This document shows, piece by piece, positions 41,959-47,773 of a stretch of 47,773 nt of DNA. Within the stretch, counting starts at the first letter, position 1, and each line of letters begins with the position of its first letter. This stretch comes from Chloroflexota bacterium (GTDB taxonomy: Bacteria; Chloroflexota; Dormibacteria; Aeolococcales; Aeolococcaceae), in contig VBGJ01000037.1 in assembly GCA_005880445.1 (NCBI GenBank), forward strand, positions 1 through 47,773. Reading direction: 5' to 3'. The notes under the pieces are model-generated. The model did no database searches and had not been told where the DNA came from. It saw only the letters and a program-made list of their open reading frames with translations. The position numbers and the translations under genes were made by a program.

Positions 41959-43466
41959 CCCGCGAAACGCCGCTGCACGACGGCGCGAAGCGCACCCCAA
42001 TCCTCGGCGTCCAGCGCGCGAAACAGCACGATGCAGAGCGCGTAGATCGCTGCCGCGGCGAGCGTCTCCAGGAGCAGCGGGATGCGCCCTTGCGGGTGCA
42101 CGACATACACGAAGGCGCCCATCACGAGTCCCGCGGGAATGATGCGCCAGGTCGCGTGGATCATCCGCAGCGTCCCTGCCTGTGCGCGGAGGACCGTCCA
42201 CCCGATCGCGACGAGCGCCACCTCCGTGAGCACCGTCGCCCAGCTCGCCCCCTGATACCCGAACGCCGGGATCAAGAAGAGGTTGAGGGCGACATTGATG
42301 CCGAGTCCCGACAGCGCGATGTAGGCAAAGCTCTTCTGGCGGTCGATCGCGTTGAAGGTGGCAGCGAACGTGTTGTCTATGAATGCGAAGAAGATGCCGA
42401 GCGACAGGATGTGGAACGCGGCTTCGGACTGCGGATAGAGCTGCAAGAGGTCATTGAATTGCGGGGTGAGCAGGAACACCCCGACCGTGATTGGCCAACC
42501 GAGCAGCGCGAGTCCCTTGAGGAACTTCTCTGCGGTGGGGAGCACGCGCTCGGGCGCCGCCCGCTTGTAGATGGAGAGCACCGGAAAGATCACGCTGCGC
42601 AATGTGACCGGGATGAACAAGAGCGCTTCGAATGGCTTGTACGCGAGCGTGTACCAACCTACCTCGGCATAGCTGCGAAAGTGTTGCAGGATGGGGACGT
42701 CGACCTTGAAGTACACGGTGGTGAACAGGAACGTGATGGCCAACGGCAGGCCGGTGATCAACCACGGGCGGATCAGGCTCCGGTCCAGATTCCAGCTCGG
42801 CCTCGCCATTCCACGGCCGATGATCACCGCGGCGAAGTACACCGTCGCGACCGCATAGCTGATGGCGTAGGCCCAGAGAAAGTATCCGGTGCCGGCATTG
42901 ATGTGCGCGCCGAGCACCACCAGTCCAAGAAGGAGAAGGCTCTCCGGAATGATCTCCGCGATCTCGAAGTTGAGGCGCTGCGTCGCGTACAGCGTGCTTC
43001 GCAAGAGCTGCAGGTACCCGCCGATGAAGATGATGGCAAACGCCGGGAGCCAGAGTGATTGGATGCCCGCGAACCACAACCCGGCGAAGAGAAGCGGCCC
43101 CGCGACGGCTGTGAGGAACACGCGCATCGACATCGCGAACCCGAGGAGCCGCTGCACCAGGTCCGGACGGCGGGCGCCTTCGCGCACGTACAGGGTGGCG
43201 AAACCGAAATCCGCGACGATGGACGCGAGCGCGCTGTACGTCACCGCCGTCTGCATCCTGCCGAAGTTCGCGTCGCCGAGGACGTGGCCGATGAGTACGA
43301 CCGTGACCAGCGCGATCACCCTGGAGATGACGCGCGCGCCGAGGATGAGGACTGTGTTCTTCAGAGCCCGCTTGCCAAGATTGGCCGTGGCCGGGGCCGC
43401 GGGTTCCGACATGCCCTCGATGGTGGCAGACATGTCGGAGCGTGCAACGCGCGCGGACGCTCTCAT
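41955..43466 (-). CDS. MOP-superfamily (Wzx/MurJ-like) oligosaccharide/lipid-linked precursor flippase
   Basis: 503 aa with about 12-14 TM segments. N-terminus LKNTVLILGARVISRVIALVTVVLI is typical of polysaccharide-biosynthesis flippases. Start uncertain (Met 1, 12 or 19). Confidence 0.8.
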   Translation of the reverse strand: MRASARVARSDMSATIEGMSEPAAPATANLGKRALKNTVLILGARVISRVIALVTVVLIGHVLGDANFGRMQTAVTYSALASIVADFGFATLYVREGARRPDLVQRLLGFAMSMRVFLTAVAGPLLFAGLWFAGIQSLWLPAFAIIFIGGYLQLLRSTLYATQRLNFEIAEIIPESLLLLGLVVLGAHINAGTGYFLWAYAISYAVATVYFAAVIIGRGMARPSWNLDRSLIRPWLITGLPLAITFLFTTVYFKVDVPILQHFRSYAEVGWYTLAYKPFEALLFIPVTLRSVIFPVLSIYKRAAPERVLPTAEKFLKGLALLGWPITVGVFLLTPQFNDLLQLYPQSEAAFHILSLGIFFAFIDNTFAATFNAIDRQKSFAYIALSGLGINVALNLFLIPAFGYQGASWATVLTEVALVAIGWTVLRAQAGTLRMIHATWRIIPAGLVMGAFVYVVHPQGRIPLLLETLAAAAIYALCIVLFRALDAEDWGALRAVVQRRFAG

Positions 43467-43493
43467 GGCACGGACGCGCCGGCGTCCGCCGGG

Positions 43494-44453
43494 TCACGGG
43501 GCGTGATGCGATACCGCCTCGTGAGCCGCGCTGTCGCCGGCCGGATCCAGATGCACGATCACCTCTGCGAGTGGGCTGATCCTGTGGAACAGGCGGTGAC
43601 GTACCTCCTCCCCAAGGGCATGGGCCTGCGACAGAGACGAGTCCGGCGACACCTCGAGGGTCAACTCGGCGATCACCCTCCGCCCCGTCCAGCGACCTCG
43701 CGCGTGGGAAACGCCCAGCACGCCGGGCGTGGCGGCGGCGACCTCCTCGATGGTCGCGATCAGTGAGGCATCGGCCTCGTCGAGGAGACGGCCGGTCACG
43801 GTTCTCCCCGTCTCCCACGCGACGACGGCGATGATCACGGTGATGACCAAGCCGGCGATCGGGTCGAGGATCGACGCGCCGAGCGCGGCGCCCAGAACCC
43901 CGACGGCGGCGCCCAGGGACGCGAGTCCATCGAGTCGTGAGTGCTTGCCGTCCGCCTCGAGGGCCTTGCTGCGGAGGCGTCGCCCGGCGCGGATCTTGTA
44001 CACGGCGACGGCCTCGTTGCCGGCGAACCCGATCGCGGCAACCACGATGGCGAGGGGCAGATTGGTCAGCGTCGGTCGATGTATCAAATGCTCGACCGAC
44101 GTGACGCCGGAGATCACCGCGCTCGTGACGATCAGCGCGAGCACGACGAGGCCGGCCAGATCCTCGCTGCGGTGGTACCCGTACGGAAACTGCTTCGTCG
44201 GCGCGCGGCCGCTGAGCACGAACGCGATGGCGAGCGCGACGGTGGTGGAGACGTCGCCGAGGTTGTGCAGGCCGTCGGCGAGCACCCCGGCGCTCGACGA
44301 AATCGCCGCCGCCGCCAGCTCCAGCGCGGCCACTGCGGCGAGCACCAACGAGCTGATGCCGACGACGCGCAGCGCTCCGCCGCCACTCGGCGCGGCCACA
44401 CCGTGAACATGTCCGGCGTGCTCGTGCGCGTGCGCGAGCGGTTCGTCGCTCAC
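43494..44453 (-). CDS. cation diffusion facilitator (CDF) family metal efflux transporter
   Basis: GTG at 44453. His-rich N-terminus HAHEHAGHVHG, LADGLHNLGD, YGYHRSEDL, H..LD, and a C-terminal cytoplasmic domain. Confidence 0.85.
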   Translation of the reverse strand: MSDEPLAHAHEHAGHVHGVAAPSGGGALRVVGISSLVLAAVAALELAAAAISSSAGVLADGLHNLGDVSTTVALAIAFVLSGRAPTKQFPYGYHRSEDLAGLVVLALIVTSAVISGVTSVEHLIHRPTLTNLPLAIVVAAIGFAGNEAVAVYKIRAGRRLRSKALEADGKHSRLDGLASLGAAVGVLGAALGASILDPIAGLVITVIIAVVAWETGRTVTGRLLDEADASLIATIEEVAAATPGVLGVSHARGRWTGRRVIAELTLEVSPDSSLSQAHALGEEVRHRLFHRISPLAEVIVHLDPAGDSAAHEAVSHHAP

Positions 44454-45713
44454 CGCCGCATCGTACGGGCTACAGCGGTGGCGCTGGTCATCGCGGTCGC
44501 CGGAGGACTCAGCGCCGGCGGGGTCGTGGCGGCGCACCGGTTGACGGCGCCTCTGCCCGCGGCAGGCGTCGTCATCCACGCATCCAGATCCATCGTCTTG
44601 ACGGAAGGCAGCCCGCCGCCCATCACCCTGCCGCCCACGGGCAGTCTCGCCGTGGTCAGCAGCGCGACCGGGCTTCTCGCCGCCGTGTCGTCCGACGTGC
44701 CGCGCCCGATCGCCTCTGTGGCCAAGACGATGACCGCGTTCGTGGTGCTCCAGGCGGAGCCGCTGACGACGGATGCGCCGGGTCCCGTCCTGACGATGAC
44801 CGCGACCGATGTCGCGCTCTACCGGGAGGCCATCGCCGGGCAGGGGTCCGCCGTTGCCGTGACGGCCGGCGAGCGGCTGAGCGAACGCGACTTGCTCCTC
44901 ATGCTGATGCTGCCATCCGCAAACAACATCGCCGAGACGCTGGCCCGCTGGGTGTCGGGCACCCGCGACACCTTCGTAGCGCGTGAGAATGCCGAGGCCG
45001 CGGCACTGGGCATGCAGAACACCCGCTTCGCCGACCCGAGTGGGATCAGCCCGCAGACGGTGTCGAGCGCGGCTGACCTCCTCAAGCTGGCCCGAGCCGC
45101 CATGGCGGTGCCGGCGCTGGCCGCGGTCGTGGCCACACGCAACGCAACGCTGCCCGACGGCACCCCGCTGGCCAATCTCGACATCCTGCTTGGGTCGTCG
45201 CCAGACTGGCTGGGGATCAAGACCGGATGGACGCACCAGGCAGGTGGCTGCCTGCTGTTCGCCGCACGCCATTCCTACGCGACCGATGCCGCTCCCGTGA
45301 CCGTGTACGGCGCTGTCCTGGGCCAGCCGCCGTCTGCGTCCGCCGATGTCCAGCATCCGGAGCTGGGCGCCGCGTTCGCGACGGCGCAGCAGGTGATGAA
45401 AGAGGCGTTCGCGGGTTACGAAGCCGTGAACCTCGCCACCCTCATGCCGGGGGTCACGGGGACCGTGTCGGCACCGTGGGGGATGAGCACCGGCGTGGCG
45501 GTGCATGCCGCCCGGGGCGTGGTCGTGGCGCGGCTCGGCACCGTGCTCGCGACGCGTTTGATGACGGTGACGGTCGGAGCGACGCCCGGGAAGGGAGCCT
45601 CCGTCGGCCGCCTCGTGGCAACGGTGGGTGCGGCGACCGTGGTGTCGTGGCAGCTCTCCACCCGCGTCGCGATCAGCCCGCCCCCGTGGTGGTGGCGGCT
45701 GCTGCACCAGTGA
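44409..45713 (+). CDS. serine-type D-Ala-D-Ala carboxypeptidase (S11 PBP) with an N-terminal anchor
   Basis: ATG at 44409 inside track ORF 43941..45713. SxxK (ASVAKTMT), SxN (LPSANN), KTG (IKTGWT). Confidence 0.8.
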   Translation: MSGVLVRVRERFVAHRRIVRATAVALVIAVAGGLSAGGVVAAHRLTAPLPAAGVVIHASRSIVLTEGSPPPITLPPTGSLAVVSSATGLLAAVSSDVPRPIASVAKTMTAFVVLQAEPLTTDAPGPVLTMTATDVALYREAIAGQGSAVAVTAGERLSERDLLLMLMLPSANNIAETLARWVSGTRDTFVARENAEAAALGMQNTRFADPSGISPQTVSSAADLLKLARAAMAVPALAAVVATRNATLPDGTPLANLDILLGSSPDWLGIKTGWTHQAGGCLLFAARHSYATDAAPVTVYGAVLGQPPSASADVQHPELGAAFATAQQVMKEAFAGYEAVNLATLMPGVTGTVSAPWGMSTGVAVHAARGVVVARLGTVLATRLMTVTVGATPGKGASVGRLVATVGAATVVSWQLSTRVAISPPPWWWRLLHQ

Positions 45714-45740
45714 CCGTCCGGCGTCCGCCTCGCCCGTGTC

Positions 45741-46106
45741 CTACCAGCTGGCGTCGGTGCGATCGGCCGCAAGGCGGAGCGCGCTCAGTACCTCGAGGTC
45801 CTTGCCGCCGAGATCCGGCGCCACCCTCACGCTCTCCAGGCGGGCGCCGGCGGTGACGAGCTCGAGCTCGTGGAGGCCCAGATGAGGGCGAACCGAAGGA
45901 TAGCCTCCGAAGGCCGCCAGCGGCTCGCGCCATCTCTGGCGCAGCGCACGAGGCGAGAGCTCTCCGGCCTTGACGGCGAGGACTGCGCCGCCCCGGCCGG
46001 GCCCGAGGCGAAACCGGAACGCGATCCGGCCGGCCTTGGCGCACGCCTCGCAGCGGCCGTACCGCTCCTCGGGGATCTCCGGCCGCTTCAGGCACACCCG
46101 GCACAT
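45741..46106 (-). CDS. hypothetical protein with an N-terminal CxxC...CxxC zinc-ribbon
   Basis: MCRVCLKRPEIPEERYGRCEAC. No family recognised for the remainder. Divergent from the XRE regulator. Confidence 0.5.
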   Translation of the reverse strand: MCRVCLKRPEIPEERYGRCEACAKAGRIAFRFRLGPGRGGAVLAVKAGELSPRALRQRWREPLAAFGGYPSVRPHLGLHELELVTAGARLESVRVAPDLGGKDLEVLSALRLAADRTDASW

Positions 46107-46154
46107 GGCGAGACCAGACTAGCCCTGCCAGGTCAGGGCCAGGCGTTCTTGGCA

Positions 46155-46183
46155 TTGACAAACAAACTGGTGGGTCATAAGTT
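46155..46183 (+). promoter_or_regulatory. sigma-70-like promoter TTGACA-17 nt-TAAGTT, 9 nt upstream of the XRE gene ATG
   Basis: Perfect -35 hexamer, 17-nt spacer, a 4/6 -10 hexamer. The implied leader is only a few nt. Confidence 0.45.
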
Positions 46184-46192
46184 GTAGTCGTC

Positions 46193-46462
46193 ATGAATGT
46201 CGAGGTCAGAGCCACCGGACTGCGCGCCGCGCGCCTCAAGCACCACCTGACGCAGCGTGAGCTGGCACGCCGGCTTGGCGTCACGCAGAACTACATCCCA
46301 GCCCTCGAGGCGGGGACTCGAAATCCAGGACCAAAGCTGCGTCAGGCGTTGATGCAGCTTTTCGACTGTGACTTCGAGGATCTCTTCCAGGTTGTGATGG
46401 TCAATCCCGTGGACCATCGCGAGCAGGTCCTTCACGTGGAGCCCGAAGCTAGAGCGGTGTAG
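46193..46462 (+). CDS. XRE-family (Cro/C1-type) helix-turn-helix transcriptional regulator
   Basis: LRAARLKHHLTQRELARRLGVTQNYIPALEAGTRNP is the canonical HTH_3 pattern. Confidence 0.8.
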   Translation: MNVEVRATGLRAARLKHHLTQRELARRLGVTQNYIPALEAGTRNPGPKLRQALMQLFDCDFEDLFQVVMVNPVDHREQVLHVEPEARAV

Positions 46463-46499
46463 CCGGGCCGGCTCGGGTGCGCCGCCTACAATCCGGCGG

Positions 46500-46868
46500 G
46501 TGGGCGCGGATCGATTGCTGCTCGAGGGAATGCAGTTTTTCGGGCATCACGGGGATGTCGCGGCTGAGCGTGCGCTGGGATCGCGCGTCTACGTCGACGT
46601 CGAGCTGGAAGCGGATCTTTCCGGGGCCGGCCGCAGCGACGAGCTGACGGACACACTCGACTACGTGCGTTGCTACGCGATCGTGCGTGAGATCGTCGAG
46701 GACAGTCAGTACCACCTGCTCGAAGCGATTGCCGAACGCATCGCGAGCGCGCTGCTCGCGGAGCCCAAGGCGGACGCGGTCCGCGTGCGCGTCGCCAAAG
46801 AACCGCCGATGCCCGGCACGATCGAGCGGTGTGCCGTCGTCGTGAGTCGCGGCAGGAGCTCATCGTGA
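46500..46868 (+). CDS. folB: dihydroneopterin aldolase
   Basis: LLLEGMQFFGHHGDVAAERALG..V.VDVEL..DL...G.SDEL.DTLDY and VRV.V.KE.PP are typical FolB. Confidence 0.85.
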   Translation: MGADRLLLEGMQFFGHHGDVAAERALGSRVYVDVELEADLSGAGRSDELTDTLDYVRCYAIVREIVEDSQYHLLEAIAERIASALLAEPKADAVRVRVAKEPPMPGTIERCAVVVSRGRSSS

Positions 46869-47731
46869 GCGCGATCATCATCGACGGCAAGGCGGTGGCG
46901 GCGAGGTTACGGGAGGGCATCGCGAGGGACGTCGCCGCCATGACCGCGCAGGGGTCGCGAGCGCCCGGTCTCGCTGTCGTCCTGTGCGGCGACAACGCTG
47001 CTTCGGCCATCTATGTCCGAAACAAGGGACGGGCCGCCGAGAAGGTTGGCTTTCGGTTTCAACTGCAGACGTGCGAGGCGGACACCTCCACCGCCGACCT
47101 CCTGCGTCTGGTCGCCGGACTCAACACCGACGAGGCAGTGGATGGACTGCTGGTCCAGCTCCCGCTTCCGTCCCACGTCGACCCCGACGTGATCGCCGAC
47201 GCCATCGCCCCGGACAAGGATGCCGACGGCTTCAACCCAGCGAACTTCGGCCGCCTTGCCGAGGGACGCGCGGCCCCGGCCGGCGCGACCCCGCTCGGCT
47301 GCATGGAGCTGCTGCGCAGCTACGACGTGCCGATCAGCGGCAGTCGTGCGGTCGTGGTCGGGCGCAGCCTGCTCGTCGGCCGCCCACTCGCGCTGCTGCT
47401 CACCAACGCCGACGCCACCGTGACCATGTGTCACTCGAGGACGCGCGATCTGCCGGGCGTCTGCCGTGAGGCGGACATCCTGGTCACCGCGACGGGCCGG
47501 CCCGGCGCCATCGACGCCGGCTACGTGAAGCCGGGCGCGTGCGTCATCGACGTCGGCACGACACCGCGCGACGGCACCGTCGTCGGCGACGTCGATCGCG
47601 AGTCGGTCGAACCCGTCGCCGGGTGGCTGACACCCGTCCCCGGCGGCGTGGGCCCGATGACGATCGCGATGCTCCTGCGGAACACGCTCTCCCTGGCGAC
47701 CGCACGCCGCCGCAGCACGGTGGTGGTCTGA
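46865..47731 (+). CDS. folD: bifunctional methylenetetrahydrofolate dehydrogenase/methenyl-THF cyclohydrolase
   Basis: GTG at 46865 (GTGA overlap with the folB stop). IIDGKAVA, PGLAVVL.GDN.AS..YV..K, DGLLVQLPLP, DKDADGF, VVVGRS..VGRP...LL, TPVPGGVGPMT. Confidence 0.9.
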   Translation: MSAIIIDGKAVAARLREGIARDVAAMTAQGSRAPGLAVVLCGDNAASAIYVRNKGRAAEKVGFRFQLQTCEADTSTADLLRLVAGLNTDEAVDGLLVQLPLPSHVDPDVIADAIAPDKDADGFNPANFGRLAEGRAAPAGATPLGCMELLRSYDVPISGSRAVVVGRSLLVGRPLALLLTNADATVTMCHSRTRDLPGVCREADILVTATGRPGAIDAGYVKPGACVIDVGTTPRDGTVVGDVDRESVEPVAGWLTPVPGGVGPMTIAMLLRNTLSLATARRRSTVVV

Positions 47732-47773
47732 GACCACGTGCCCGGCCTGCACGTCCGCTGGTCAGAGCACGAG

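Noticed and set aside
44454-45707. Long N-terminal extension of the CDF transporter ORF (track ORF 43494..45707, 737 aa)
   Set aside because: The extension is antisense to the DD-carboxypeptidase gene, which has SxxK/SxN/KTG motifs. CDF similarity begins only at the His-rich segment from GTG 44453.
1-47773. Search by eye for CRISPR arrays, IS elements/transposases, integrases, prophage blocks, rRNA and tRNA genes, and recognisable defence or toxin systems
   Set aside because: I saw no direct-repeat/spacer arrays, no DDE/serine/tyrosine recombinase-like ORFs and no T-arm/anticodon-arm structures. The window reads as core chromosome. Small structured RNAs cannot be excluded without a covariance-model scan.

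Overview
High-GC bacterial chromosomal window covering the replication-origin neighbourhood. The core is rpmH-rnpA-yidD-yidC-jag (+) diverging from dnaA-dnaN (-). recF plus a DUF721/DciA-like gene (+) converge on dnaN, and parA-parB lie about 7 kb further on. Around this core sit housekeeping genes. Folate genes occur in two blocks: folP-folK at the left edge and folB-folD at the right edge. There is a complete suf Fe-S cluster locus (Rrf2 regulator, sufC, sufB, sufD, a Rieske ferredoxin, sufS), separated from sufU-sufT by an MFS/hydrolase pair on the other strand. Also present are glpX-yvcK, HU, ndk, lepB, an Fe/Mn SOD-like gene and an M16 peptidase. A cell-wall block carries three FemAB-family paralogs, a MOP flippase and a DD-carboxypeptidase. 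I saw no rRNA, tRNA, CRISPR array, transposase or integrase. Genes are tightly packed, many joined by ATGA/GTGA 4-nt overlaps. The most interesting observations are these. (1) A four-copy family of intergenic hairpins has an invariant 11-nt loop (C/A)TAGCTCAGGA, a conserved GNA/GNA internal loop and covarying stems. (2) Four conserved genes (ndk, sufS, sufU, a pfkB kinase) each lack an internal block of roughly 25-40 codons, which suggests either gene decay or local mis-assembly. (3) Two essential-looking genes have no canonical start codon: rpmH would start at ATC, and a lipoprotein at CTG. (4) DnaA boxes sit in two separate places, the dnaA-rpmH spacer and upstream of parA, and the dnaA-dnaN spacer contains an AT-rich stretch. 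(5) A free-standing LAGLIDADG-like gene lies next to parA. All functional calls come from motif recognition by eye on the supplied translations. No database search was run.
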